Part shown: piece after piece, positions 1 to 14,399 of the stretch
Layout: each line of letters opens with the position of its first letter
Numbering within the stretch: the first letter of the stretch is position 1
Source: Octopus vulgaris
Lineage: Eukaryota
Assembly: GCA_951406725.2 (NCBI GenBank)
Contig: OX597826.1
Span: forward strand, 52,886,001 to 52,950,000
Length of the DNA: 64,000 nucleotides
Direction: 5' to 3'
Program-made: the position numbers and the translations under genes
The notes under the pieces: generated by a model
Database searches by the model: none
What the model saw: only the letters and a program-made list of their open reading frames with translations
Told to the model about the DNA's origin: nothing

Positions 1-182
1 AAAGGTTCTGTCAAACTTTATCCATTAGAAAAAAAGATATTCAATTTTAATTCTCAAATTCTTATCAATTTTTGCGTGATATTAAAGGGGCACTACTCAA
101 GCATAACTACAGATTTCTGCACCCCATCCCCGAATTTGGATGATCATAACTTTCAGAAAAATGGATATTTTTTAATGAAATG

Positions 183-1290
<1,108 letters not shown>

Positions 1291-1946
1291 AATTGTCTAT
1301 GCAGATTTATATTATTAGAAAATAATATAAATAAAGTGTTAAAATCTGAAAGTAGTACTGAATCATGTAGCAGGGCTGTTCAGAAAAAAGGCAAATGACA
1401 AAAATTCAAATATTTTAACAGCTAATTTTCATTATTTTAAAAATTTCAAACATGCTAAAAATAACTTTATTTATAATTCATTTATTAATTTTATAGTAAA
1501 TAGAATATGGTTATTTGTGGCTTTGTCTCTATGATCATTACTGAAATCTGTAGTAAGGCTGATCAGAAAAGGTAAATGCCACTTGTAATTATATTCTATT
1601 CAATATTAATTTAATTTCATTTATTTAAAATAAAGTAATTTTATTAAATTTGTATACTCATTTTTTTCATTATTTAAAAAATTCTTTAAATATACTCATT
1701 TGTAAACTGTGTCTCTGTACAGTACTGAACTTACAGTACGTACATTATGTCCAGAAAAGCAAAGTTGCAATGATTATCATTCATTTTTAATTTAATTTCT
1801 AAATGAGAATTATTGAAAAGAAAAATCAAAATTTTGTTTGAATTTTCTTGGAAATTTTTGAAATCAAAATGACAAAAAAAAATGGTAACTATATATATTT
1901 TTAATTAAAATTTTACTATTACTGCAATGCCAGTAAAAACAATGGA

Positions 1947-2308
1947 CTAGCCAATGCAAAATGCGGACGCATTCTCACAATATTCTTAACAATGAAACCT
2001 GGAAAAGTAGAGGACATGAAAAAACTCATTAAAATTAGTACTTAAAATATTACTGCTAAAAGTTATATTAAATTTTTTTTAATAAATTCATTTAGTACAA
2101 AAAACAAAATTAAAATAAAAAAAAGGTAAAATGAAATTAATTGAATTTTTTAAAAATATGAGAGAGTACCCAGGAGATACTTTTTAATTTTAATTTTAGC
2201 AGCAATATTTTAAGCTCTAATTCTAATGAGTTTTTTCTTGTCTTCTACTTTTCCAGGTTTAATTATTAAGAATATTGTTAGTGTGCAACCGCATTTTTCA
2301 TTGGCTAG
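1947..2308. mobile_element. MITE-like element with diverged ~125-bp inverted arms
   Basis: CTAGCCAATGCAAAATGCGG... (1947-~2075) is the imperfect reverse complement of ...CCGCATTTTTCATTGGCTAG (~2180-2308). Confidence 0.75.
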
Positions 2309-2397
2309 CTTATATATGCAGGACTGATAAGTGCTAACACACACGAAACTCTCGCACTTTGAGCCACTCTGTTGCTTCTGATAAATATTAATATATA

Positions 2398-2591
2398 CAG
2401 GAGGTTAACTATATGGTCGGTCACAGAGTGACCAATGGTTTCGCATCCATAAAGCGCTTAGCCTTATAGACGACACGTCAACCCTCAAATTTTGCGACCG
2501 TCTGAGTCTGACGTGTTGTCTATAAGGCTAAGCGCTTAATGGATGCGAAACCATTGGTCATTCTATGACCAGCCTTATAGTTAACCTCCTG
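2398..2591. mobile_element. Tc1/mariner-type MITE (hairpin element)
   Basis: TA|CAGGAGGTTAACTATA...TATAGTTAACCTCCTG|TA; arms ~80 bp, TA target duplication, CAG termini. Confidence 0.8.
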
Positions 2592-5500
2592 TAAATACAT
2601 TACTGCTCTAACTTCTAGAGTATGCTTATATGTATGCTTCATAACACAAAGTTTGATCAGTATAGAGTGGTAATAAGAACAAAGCGATGACACTGGAAAA
2701 TACAATAGCGCAGAAATTCTAAGTCACAAATAGTAAAATAAAGTAAGAGCAGCGAGCCTTAAACTAATCGTCAATAAAAATCGCGAAGTAGTGGATGATT
2801 TTAAAAGACATTACAATTAATTTTTTTTTCCTTACACAGTAGAATAATTTTTATCTTTTTACGATATTTTCCTTTGAGACCAAATTGTTTCTCTTGAACA
2901 TATTGAGTAAATCTGGCATTATTGCTGTCTCTCTGGGTCTTTGTCATTGAAAATAAAAATCAATTGCAAAATATCTTTAAATAACATTTAGTGATGTATT
3001 TATTCGGTGGATAAAATGTCCGGAAGTAAATTTATCGAAAATGCAATTTTTAACATGACGATAAATGTACCAACAATGTGTTCGCCAATGATGTAAATAT
3101 CTTAAGATGAAATTTATCAGGCAATGAAATTATAAGTTATTTATTTACCAAGCGATGGAATTAGTTGATATTGTACACTTTACAGTCCAAAATGTCATTT
3201 CTTTTATGACTTGGGTGCTTTTTGATGGCAATTTACCTTTTATTTCTAGGCTCTTGTGATCCTGTTAATTCTCACCACCTCTGCAAAATATTCTGTGCGA
3301 TGTTCTTGTAATTCTATCGATGCACTGCTCTCAGTCACCATCAGTATGATCGATATCGTTAGTTGTAATGTTGAATGTCATACAAATAACCAGTAATCCG
3401 AGACGTTCTCGGATTGAAGCAATTTTTTATTTGCTTACATAATTAACTCCTTTGAAAGAAGCCGATATATAGAAAGAAGCCGATATATGTTCAGTTTAAC
3501 TGCAATACAAGCCAACGATTATATACGAAGTCGCCAGACCTGCTAGAAATAGTAAACAATTTTTTCGTGTTCAAAACCTCTCTTTGTTAAGTTAAGAAAC
3601 TTGGGACAATGAAGTGTTTGATAAATATAAAGATGGAATGGTCACGGCTGAAATGCGTTGGATCATAACACTTCTTAATCAATAATTAATCCGAATCTAA
3701 ACATCAACAACAACAATAGCAGTAGCAATACTAATTGAGAATTAAAATTTTGACATGTTATTGAAATGTAGCCCACTAGAAAAAGTGTGAATGCCACATG
3801 ATCGAATGGTTACGAGGCTCGTTCGGTTTGCTAATACGAAATCCCATATCCGACCCTTATTTTATGGAATGTTTGGTAAATAACTTCCATTATTATCTCG
3901 CCCTGTTTGTGAAATTTGGTGGACGGAAATTGTGTGAAAACCCGTCAGATGGGATGTACAAGGAATTCGAAAATACTTGTGTTACGTTGATTTTTACCTG
4001 AGGAATATATTACTGGTTCACATGTTTATGAAGTAATTCAGTTGATGGGAAAACTGAAACTTTATCACCAAAACTAACTCAGATCCAATTAATTTCTTTA
4101 CGAGAAAATGCGGTGTCAAAACTGTCACATTCATTAAATATTTCAATATGAGTTTTGAGAATAAACAATCATTTCAGATTCTATTGTTGTATATAATGTA
4201 GTGGTGATTCCATTAACTGGAGCTTGGTGAGTGTGACGAATTTAACGTCTAGATCTTAATACTTCTATGCAGACTCAAACCGTTTTATCCTAAATACAAA
4301 ACAACAGATTAATTTTAGTGCTTCATTTACCCATGGAATGTTTACCTTTTACCAAAGCAAGGTGTTAATGTATTCATACATTTAAATTAAGAAAGAGGAC
4401 TGAGTTCTGGATATTCGATTTTATTGATTAAACGAAAAAGACAGACACAAACCATTCTGATTTTCCTTGTATTCCTATTGCCAGGCCTTAACGGGAACTA
4501 TTGGGCTGTCTCCTGAAATTTCTGAGAAGAGTGCCTTGTCTTCCACTTGCCAAATAATATTTCCTAGAATGGTTTGTTTGTGAAAGATTCTAGTAATAGT
4601 ATTGGAGCTAGATTGAAGACCTTTATGCTCACATGTTCTATATATCCTAGAACAAGTTTGCATATTCTAGAACAGCTTACACATACACGATCATATTACA
4701 TACACTTCACTACTAATGTTGAAATTTATAAAGTATATTACAGAACATCTATTTATGTAGTAAACAGATAACAAATTATATAACGCTACACATTATACAC
4801 ACAAACCCTCCCTCGCACGCTCACATATACTCACAGACTCACGCAAACACTTATTCATGCATACATACATTTGCATATGTATACATTTGTGTGTGTTTGT
4901 GCGTGTATGTTTGTGTATGTGCGTTTGTGTGACTCTGTGTGTTTGCGTGTGTATGTGTGTGTGTGTGTAGGCGCGCAATGTCCTGAGTGTGAATATATTT
5001 GTACATGTTGTGTGTATGTCTGTACGTGTAAATAAACTTGCACTCATGGGTGTCCTGTGGTTACGTAGCCCAGTTCACCTCTGATAATAGGTACAAACAA
5101 AAATCCATAACCTGGATATAAGAACTGTAAATTTCTCATTAGTTCTTCTTAGATGTTATATTTTTCCTTAAATTTTGAATAGAGATTCACAACTACTGGG
5201 CAACTGATTTCTATATTGAAGCAATGCTTGAATTTTAGTCCCTGTCACATACTACTTTACTTCATTTGCTGCGCTTACACCAGGTTGCAGTTTTTATTGA
5301 AATATTCCACTAGCATTCTTCATGTTTAAAGTTGTGGATACTTTCTGTTTCTGATATGCCTTTAGCATGGCCGTCAGTGCAAGTCACCTCCTGTAGACTG
5401 TTACAGAAGGTAACATCACTGGTTGATTATCTATACCATTTGTGTTATAAATAAATCGATATATTTTACCAATAAGCTGAAAAGTTATGAGAAATAAAAC

Positions 5501-5917
5501 CGTTACAATTGCTCCCCAATATAAATAAACGAGCAATAAAAGAACGTTGTCTCAGGGACAATGTCCTGCCTCATGGAAAAGTAGTATTATGTATGCATGT
5601 ATGAATGTATGTATGCATGTATGTATGCATGCATGCATGTGTATATGTATAATAGATTAGCCCATATGCATATTAGCTAAACTTTCTTAGAGGATGGACA
5701 CGCCTACATCTTCGAATATATTATACACCTTCCAAAAATTAAGTAACGTGGATCTATACGAACATATTTTAAAATTTGCACCATTTACTAAAATGTGTTA
5801 AGCAACACATCCTTTTGTTTGTTCATCCGTTTGTTTGAATACATATGCATGTGTGTATGTGTATGTGTATATTATATATATATACGCACACACACACACA
5901 CGCACGCACACACACTA

Positions 5918-6012
<95 letters not shown>

Positions 6013-6084
6013 ACTATTCTGTAATGGTAAGATCAACAAAAAAATGTACTCCACTTGGTGACAGATAAATATTATTTAATAGAT

Positions 6085-6132
<48 letters not shown>

Positions 6133-6135
<3 letters not shown>

Positions 6136-6610
6136 TATTATAAAAGGCAGATTTTATCTGCCTCCCTTTGGGAGTTATAGAAATCTACAATATAGGATTT
6201 CTTCAATTACAATTTACCTAGCATTTTTAAGAGTACAATACATCGCGTCATGCCAGGTCCAGTTTTTAAAATTTAAACTCCAATTAAGCAAAATTTACAG
6301 AAAACTCACATTCTGGTGTGTGTGTCAAATGCTTTTCTTAGTCTGGTTTACACCACACGTAAACGCACACACACAGTGGGCAACGAATAAAATGAAAGTA
6401 ATTCACTTACTGTAGTGAGTGATTCTTTCACTCTGCCTCCCACTTCCACTTTCCACACATAGACACACAAATATATAAATAAAATTGTAAGCTAACGTGC
6501 GTGTGTGTGTGTGTGTGTGTGTGCGTGTGTGTGTGTGTGAGGGTGCGTGTGTGTGTGTGTGTGTGTGCGTGTGCGTGAGTGTGTGACAGGAAAGTTTTTT
6601 ACGACGAATA
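6133..6610 (+). mobile_element. non-autonomous Helitron-like 5' fragment
   Basis: Begins TCTTATTATAAAAG right after (TA)n, like the other Helitron 5' ends here; no 3' CTAG seen. Confidence 0.4.
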
Positions 6611-6614
6611 TAAG

Positions 6615-6902
6615 ACCTATATCCAAGTAGCAGAAAGATAAGACAGTAAGGTGTGATTTGAGGGAGATTTGGCTGCTATTTCTACCATGTCTAGCTGCCA
6701 TGTAGGGGTCTCCCTCATAGGCTCATACATACATATATACATAGATAAGACAGTAAGGTGTGATTTGGGGGAAATTTGGCTGCTATTTCTACCAGGTCTA
6801 GCTACCATGTAGAGGTCCCCCTCATTGGCTCATATATATATACATACATAAGACAGTAAGGTGTGATTTGAGGGAGATTTGGCTGCTGTTTCTACCAGGT
6901 CT
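6615..6902. repeat. minisatellite, ~3 copies of a ~105-bp unit
   Basis: AAGACAGTAAGGTGTGATTTG(A/G)GGGA.ATTTGGCTGCT.TTTCTACCA at ~6639, ~6747 and ~6850. Confidence 0.9.
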
Positions 6903-6969
6903 GTTAGGCCTTCTCATGTAAACTCAAGCTTTCTCATGCCTTGAACATAAGACCAAAGCAGAGAATGTA

Positions 6970-7190
6970 TTCTTTTATTCTTCTGCTTTTTCCAGCCATT
7001 GGTCTGTGGCCATGCTGGGGCAATGCCTTGAAGAATTGTAGTTTAATGAATCAACTCCAGTTTTATTTTTGTAAGCATTGTACTTATTCTATCTGTTTCC
7101 TTTGTCAAACCACTACGTGACAGGGATGTAAACAAACCAACATTCGTTGTCAAGCAGTGGTGGAGGACAATCACAAGCACAGACACGCAC
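6970..7190 (-). mobile_element. SINE family B, 3' half, diverged
   Basis: GGCCATGCTGGGGCAATGCC...GTAAACAAACCAACATTCGTTGTCAAGC matches the family B tail. Confidence 0.7.
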
Positions 7191-7220
7191 ACACACACAT
7201 ACATGCATACACATATACAC

Positions 7221-7255
<35 letters not shown>

Positions 7256-7275
7256 TATATGTGTGTATATATATA

Positions 7276-7597
7276 TTGCAGCGTGGAAGGTGTTTGTAAG
7301 CCATTTAAGAAACACACAAAAACCGTTACATTCACTTCAACATTTAAATTTAATTTGCCAAAATATTTTCGTCGCTTTGAGACCGCGACCTGTTCACTGA
7401 CAAAAATATCGTGCTAACAGGTCGCGGTCTCAAAGTGACGAAAATATTTTGACAAATTAAATTTAAATGTTGAAGTGAATCTAACGGTTTTTGTGTGTTT
7501 CTTAAATGGCTTATAAACACCTTCAACGCTGCAACTGTTTTCGTTCCAGCACACGATCTCAGATCAAGTCACTTGCTATGCAAGTACATCTCTGTAA
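7276..7597. mobile_element. foldback Penelope-type terminal repeat with inverted ~120-bp arms (7276-7394 / 7416-7534)
   Basis: Arms are near-perfect reverse complements; the same family recurs at ~23680-23910 and ~36645-36880. Confidence 0.75.
7354..7404 (-). ncRNA. minimal type-I hammerhead-like motif, G3-C8 core variant
   Basis: Minus strand TTTGTCA-GTGAACA-g-GTCGC ggtctcaaa GCGAC-GAAA-ATAT-TT-TGGCAAA; 7-bp stem I (one G-U), 5-bp stem II, palindromic loop III. Confidence 0.6.
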
Positions 7598-7696
7598 CTA
7601 TATATATATTTATATATATATATATATGTATATTGGTAAAAACAGTAAGATAACAAAAGAAAGAAAGAGACCTCAATATTATGTAAATAGAGGAAA

Positions 7697-8089
7697 TCTT
7701 TATATATAAAAGTGAGGTTGTGTGTCTGTCTCCTACGATTTAGATTCCTAACTACTCCCACATTTTGCGGTGCAGTTTAACCAAAACCGGGTATCTTATA
7801 GTCGTGATTCATATCGAGACCGTCTGGGTATTAGCGCGCGTCTACGATGAGTCTACGATTTAAAAAAAAATTACCATCAATTTTTCCCATTTTTAATCCA
7901 TTTTTGACATATATAAGGGAAGTAACTCTCTAAAATTTATTATTAAATCTCAGAACGTAAAGAGCTACAGTAACACCCCTCCCCCTTTGTGGTTAGCCAT
8001 ATTGAGATGGCTATTATACTTTACATCTCTAAAAATGCTTATATAATTATTTCCCTTACAAACCCGAGCAACGCCGGGCGATACTGCCA

Positions 8090-8090
<1 letters not shown>
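7697..8090 (+). mobile_element. non-autonomous Helitron
   Basis: 5' TCTTTATATATAAAAG; 3' hairpin CCCGAGCAACGCCGGG then GATACTGCCAG|T (CTAG-like). Confidence 0.7.
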
Positions 8091-8128
<38 letters not shown>

Positions 8129-8207
8129 TGTACATATACATATATCATATATATATACATATATATACATATATATACATATATATATACACATATATAT
8201 ACATATA

Positions 8208-8870
8208 TCTATATATATAAAACTCAACTTGTGTGTCTCTGTGTGTGTGTGTGTCTGTGTGTTTAACTTCCCGGCACATCTCCTCCTAGCCAACAAATAG
8301 TAGAACCACCAAAAATGGGTCATTTAAAGTTTAGGCGAATGAAAATTGAACTGCGCAATTTCTGTTCCGAAATTCATCTCGCAAGTGCAAAAACCGATAA
8401 TGTGTTTGTTTAGGCCTTATCCCATGCATTGAATAGTGAACTTTACTCAGTCAGCCGTTTGACGTGAACTGTGTCTACCATGCGTGCAAGCATGCGTAAA
8501 TTGCATGAAAAATAAAAAATCAAGATATAAAAACGAATCGCCGTAAACATTGTAGAAATTCGGCAAAGAAATGAATTTTCGGGATGTAGCCTGGAGAGTT
8601 TTTTCGTATTAATCGTTTGGACTTTGTGAACACATACCAATTGTTTTCATAACATTTTTAACGCTTTGTATAAAATGTGACCATTTTGCGTTGAGTCTGC
8701 AGTTTGAATCACTTTAACCAAATTTTAGCAGGCCGGATTTTTGATCATCCCGATACATCGCCAGCGCCTCCCTGAAACTTTCCCCTGAAATCCCCGTTGA
8801 GAAATCTCTCTATATATATAAAACTCAAATTGTGTGTATCTGTGTGTGTGTCTGTGTGTTTAACTTTTGG
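8208..8870 (+). mobile_element. Helitron-like 5' fragments (start repeated at ~8808)
   Basis: TCTATATATATAAAACTCAA.TTGTGTGT.TCTGTG occurs at 8208 and again at ~8808. Confidence 0.5.
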
Positions 8871-8916
8871 ATATACCAAGTTTCATTATTAAGGATGGAA
8901 AGTAGTGTGTAGCAAA

Positions 8917-9292
8917 TCTATATATATAAAGCTGAAGTTGTCTGTGTGTGGCTGGTTTGGTAGCCTTCAACTAACACTTTCTCCTTCGAGACCCTACAAC
9001 AAATTTGAGAGTATTATAGAAGGCTTGCTCTTCATTCTGTAGAAGATAAAATTCAAATCGGACCATATTAACACCCAAAATTATATACATCAAAAAGGTG
9101 CTATTTTTCTATGAAAATCCTTATTTTTTTACGATTTTTGACTGCTGTGTCACCATTTTTCGGTGTATTTCAACTGGAAAAATGTTCACTTGAAGAGAAT
9201 AACAAGTTGCATAATGTAAAATTTTAACTTTTCAAAAATTCCAATTCTAAAGGGTCGAAACAAACCTAAGCAAAACCGGGTGATACTGCTAG
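8917..9292 (+). mobile_element. non-autonomous Helitron
   Basis: A|TCTATATATATAAAG start; 3' AAACCTAAGCAAAACCGGGTGATACTGCTAG|T, same end type as 7697-8090. Confidence 0.75.
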
Positions 9293-9343
9293 TATATATA
9301 TATATACACAAATATATATGCATATATATATATGTGCATATAC

Positions 9344-9401
<58 letters not shown>

Positions 9402-10578
9402 AGCTATATACATGCATACATATATACACACATATATACATGTGGATATGCATGCATACATACATACATATATACATATACATGAAATATCTAAATGACA
9501 ATCTGAATAAGCCAGGGTCTTAATCAGAAATCAACCAACTCGCACGGTACAAATACAATTTGTAAGTGGAAAAATAAAAATATGTATGTCTTTTCTCAAG
9601 TTTAAAAAAGGCATTGATTTTGTTATCTACATTACAAAGATATAGCTTTGTGTCTCTATGTGACTCTTTCGTCAAAGGCAGAATTTGAATAATTAAAAAC
9701 GGAAGAGAACATACATATATTGCAAGAGAAAGAAAGAGAGAGAGACATACCCACAGACAGACAGATAGATAGAGACAGAGAGATAGAGATACATACACCT
9801 GTATATATACAAATGCATGCATACACATGCACGTGTGCACACACACACACACACACACACGCATACAAATACTCATATAAGCACGTAGATATCGAAACGT
9901 ACACGCAAATACACAGACTTAAAGGTGACAAATTTTTATCTTCTACAAGTGATATCACTGCATCGCAAACAAAATATCGCCTTTGTTATAAATTCTTACT
10001 CGTAGTATAGCAACGAACGTTTAGTAATTCTTTCACTACTGTTTTTTTCATTTTCAATTACAGCAAGTTCTACATTTCACTATAGGTGTCTTTCTATGTG
10101 TAGGCTGAGATTTATAATCTTATGAAAAAAATATCAGTCTTCGAATTAATTTTCTATTTGACTTGTCATCTAGGTAATATATCTAAATACTTTTACTATT
10201 TTACTTCTTTACGTAATCTTCAATAGGGCTATTGTCAAATCACTTCCGTCTTTTCCCCACAGTATATTGAAGTCTAAGCGTTTACACGATGAACATACAT
10301 CTCTTGCAAATATACTGTCCATGTGCTGCTTGACTGCTGTTATTTTAGTTGTTTAATTGTCCCTGTTACAAATGCCAATTAGGAATATCTCTATTCTTAT
10401 TTTCTTGTTCATTTTAGTATCATTGTGCTTGCTCTTGAAATTTGAAATGTTGCCACTAATTGACATATTGTTCGCAACGCACAGAATCATTTCCATTTAC
10501 TCTCAATTCAGCCACTAGAGGAAGTAAGCTACAATTATTATGTCAATCATTATTGGAAACAAGTTACAATGATATTCT

Positions 10579-10979
10579 CTTCTACTCTAGGCACAAGGCC
10601 GAAATTTTGGGGAAGATTCCAGTCGATTAGATCAACCCCAGTATGCAACTGGTACTTAATTTATCGACCCAGTAAGGATGAAAGGCAAAGTCGACCGCGG
10701 TGGAATTAGAACTCAGAACGTAAAGACGGACGAAATACCTATTTCTATTTCTTTACTACCCACAAGGGGTTAAACACAGAGGGGACAAACAAGGACAGAC
10801 AAACGGATTAAGTCGATTACATCGACCCCAGTGCGTAACTGGTATTTTATTTATTGACCCCGAAAGGATGAAAGGCAAAGTCGACCTCGGCGGAATTTGA
10901 ACTCAGCATGTAACGGCAGACGAAATACGGCTACGCATTTCGCCCGGCGTGCTAACGTTTCTGCCAGGTCGCCGCCTTC
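10579..10979 (-). mobile_element. tRNA-derived SINE family A, dimeric, with TSD
   Basis: Two tandem bodies containing GGATGAAAGGCAAAGTCGACC; direct repeat ACAAGTTACAATGATATTCT at 10559-10578 and 10980-10999. Confidence 0.9.
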
Positions 10980-11029
10980 ACAAGTTACAATGATATTCTA
11001 TCGTAAAGACACCAAAACTAACAGTGATC

Positions 11030-12105
11030 TATCAGACCATCCCATAAGTTCTGTATGAATTTTGAATAAAGAAAACAAGTGATCAGATGTATTTAATTGA
11101 AATTTAATCATCAATGTACTTTCTCTGATTATCTATGACTTCCTTCTATCTATTTACAAGCTTTTTAATCCCATCAATGTAAAACTCTTTTGGTTTCAAA
11201 ACAAAGAACTCTGAAATGTCAGTTTCGACCGTCTCCTGGCTTGCGAAAGTTATGTCCCCCAAATGATTCTGTAGACTACGAAATAAATGATAGTCTGAAG
11301 GAGAAAGGTCGGAAGGATAAGGTGGATAAGGAATTTTTTCCCAACCAAGGTCTTCGATCTTCTGTGATGTGATCTGCGATGTGGAGTCGCGAATTGTCCT
11401 GATGAAACATTACTCCTTTTCGATTCACTAAAGCGGTTTTTTTTTCTTCAAAGCTTGGTTTAAACGCTCTGGTTGCTGACAGTAGACTTGAGCATTGATT
11501 GTTGCATTAGTAGGTGGTAACAATTCAAAGTGAATTACTCGTTTGCAATCCCACCAGATAGAAAGAACATTTTTCCCATGAAGTTCCCTTCTCAATTGTG
11601 GTTGAGCTTTTTCCCTTTTACCAAGCCACTGTTTACGACGTTTAACATTTCGATAGAAGATCCATTTTTCGGCACCAGTCACAAGTCTATCCAAAAAGGG
11701 TGAGTTCGCGAGAACGGAGTGAAGAGCAGATGCCAACTCGGGATTTGTGGTTATTTTCGGACAATTCTTGAGGCATCCATTTTCAAAGTTTAGGAACCTT
11801 TCCAAGTTGTTGAAGATGACGATGAACAGTTGTATGGTTTGAACTAAGCTTTATTGCCAATTCTTCAACTGATAATGCGGGATTACGTCCTGTTCGATCA
11901 TCATTTTGAAGGTTGAAATCTTCACTTCTGAATTTTGCAAACCATCTTCTGCAAGTTCTTTAATTCAAGCATTCTTTTCCATAAACTGAATGTATGTTTC
12001 GAGCCACTTTGGCTACAGAGTTTTCTTCTTTGTACTCATAAAGCATTATGTGCCTCAAATACTCTTTCGATACTCCCATGTTAGAAAGAGTTTTAATCAA
12101 AGAAA
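11030..12105 (-). pseudogene. decayed mariner transposase with 3' TIR
   Basis: N-term MGVSKEYLRHIMLYEYK...; catalytic region LDRLVTGAEKWIFY, SIWWDCKRVIHFELL, FHQDN, then YSPDL-like; frameshifts and stops; TIR-like TATCAGACCATCCCATAAGTTCTGT near 11030; 5' TIR not found. Confidence 0.92.
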
Positions 12106-13683
12106 TTTGTGAGCTTCCCGTAGGTACTGCCCCGGATCCCGGTCGGGGTCCCAAATCCCGATTTTGAACAAGTCCTTCGTAAAGGATCCCACAACCATGG
12201 ACATGTTGGCCTCCGATATGACCTTCACAGTCACCTGCGAAGGCCAACTCCTGCCTCCGGTCCAGGCTAAGGGCTCCTCCGTCAAGCCTCGCTTCCTTAG
12301 GAAGCTTTCTATCGCCCCACCCTTCAGAAAGAATATGACAAACTTATCTTCCCTCATTCTGGGATGGGCCACTGCTCCCTCTGTCGGTGGCACACTTCCC
12401 ACCGACAGAGTTTCGGGACATGCTGGCAGTTGATCGTCAACTGCCAGTAATATCCCATTCTTTTTTCTCTTTTTCTTTTTTTTTCTCTTGTCGACGAGAG
12501 GTGGAGTTCCTCCAACTTGTCCGGGAGTCCCTCCTTCCCTCCTGCCGCCTCAGAATCCATCATTGGGCAACCATTGTTGCCCACCTTCTTTCTTTTTTCC
12601 TTTCGAGGGGGTTACCTCCTCCTCTACTTTTTATACCTCTCCCTCCATTATATAATCAGGAGGCTCCGTTGGAGGAAAAACATTATCCTCTATTAACTTC
12701 GCCAGTGCCCTTGCTTGATTCTTAGGGCAGATCTTCTTTATGTGGCCCGTTTCCAGGCACAGGTGACACTTAGGTGGAGGGGCGTCCCTCAAGAGTCACC
12801 GGATACCTAGAACCGGCCATCTTTAGAAAATCTAGATAAACCAGATCTTTGGTTGATTGGGTCCATAGGGTCAAAATTGATTTTAACACCACCCAATCAG
12901 TCACAGTAAGCACTTTAACATTCAAGAGCTTAGCTCCGCTGCTACCCAAATCCTGGCGGATAGTGTCCTCTATCCACTCAGGCTGTATTCCGTGTGGCAG
13001 CCCACTCACCCAGGCTCTTATCAATTTCCTCCCACGATATGTGGGGAGAAACAAATTTGTTTCCCCTTCCAGGGGCTGGCTAGCGAAAATGCTAGCCTCC
13101 TTAGGGGTGTCAAATAGCAACCACACTGTTGCAAATTTGACACCCCTTGCAATATACTTGATAGCTGGCAGGTATTCTGCCAACTCTTTTTTCGATTTCG
13201 ACTTGAAAGAACACAGTGATGGTGTCGAGGGACTTGGAATATGTCCTCAACACCACCATTCTCCAGTCGCAGCACAAAAATTAATCCTTCCTGCCTTCGT
13301 ACTCCTTGCATGTGGTAAATCCAAAGGAACTTCACGAACTAAGTAACACAAAGACAATTTTCATAATCAAACAATTTTTTGCGGAGGGGATACGCCTCCC
13401 CCAAAACACAATTCTCACTGCAAAGTGAGTCTTTTCACACGACCACAGGCAGGCAAATGTCTGGAGCAGAGTGGAGACTGTTGTTCTACAAAAATTATTA
13501 AATACAGAGCAACAAAACTCCACTAAGCCCCCTAAATTAAAACAGACGCCTACCTGTAGTCCAGCTTCAACGTCCAATATTTCACGACGAATGACATGAC
13601 TTTCAAGTAGCATGAAAATGCGAACTCTTCTGTCAAGTAAGGTAAGCGAGCTACTTACAACACAGCTTCTCCTTCTGCAACTG

Positions 13684-13684
<1 letters not shown>
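12106..13684 (-). mobile_element. Tx1/L1-type non-LTR retrotransposon 5' part (5' UTR + frameshifted ORF1)
   Basis: ORF 12770-13183 ends VTLEGRP and continues after a frameshift into CHLCLETGHIKKICP (CX2CX4HX4C zinc knuckle, ~12725-12768); GC-richer than flanks; 5' end abuts (TA)n; no ORF2. Confidence 0.75.
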
Positions 13685-13768
<84 letters not shown>

Positions 13769-14399
13769 TACTTATATATATACATCTGTATATACACACA
13801 CATTACATCAAACAGAAGAGCTGTGTGTATCTTTACGCTGTGAAATAAAGTAGGTATTAAGTTTACATTCATGATATTCACATTCCAATCCCAGACAATG
13901 TCACAATTTCCTTTTAACCTCTATATTCTGATGATTTTTCCTTGTTTGGGTCAGCTACCGGAGCTTCCATATGATCAATTGGATCTGCTACCTATAATAG
14001 TCAAATCTTCATTATGTCATACACTATCGGTTGAAACATGGGTGCATTTGATGATTTAGTCTATGTTACATCGTGTCTTCAATAAATAATGGAGATAGTC
14101 ACATGCTGATTGCCGTTGATCCTATGTTTGTTTAATCAGGACAGACGTGGAGTATAAGTCGTAAGAAGAACAGCAGCTACAATAATTATGTATATTTATA
14201 TTCTTATGGTGTCGCGGCTAATAATTTTCTCTCCCAGTTTCTTCGTATTACACCCATTAAATTCTTGGATTTAACCAACAGAGCAAAGCTGCCGTTAAAC
14301 AACATTCAGAGCTGAATTCGCCAAATCCAGTCGTAGCTACTGTTAATGAATCATAGCAGTTTTTCAGATTATAAGCTTCCTATGTTAAGCTCTTATTTC

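Noticed and set aside
2320-2362. CTGATAA-GTG...CAC-GAAAC hammerhead-like string
   Set aside because: C3/A8 mismatch, no UH triplet and no convincing stem I
4475-4771. Short ORFs in non-repetitive-looking sequence
   Set aside because: No recognisable motif or splice structure; cannot support an exon call
6615-6902. CRISPR-like spaced repeats (also 31722-31970)
   Set aside because: The intervening sequence is itself repeated, the context is eukaryotic and there are no cas genes; these are minisatellites
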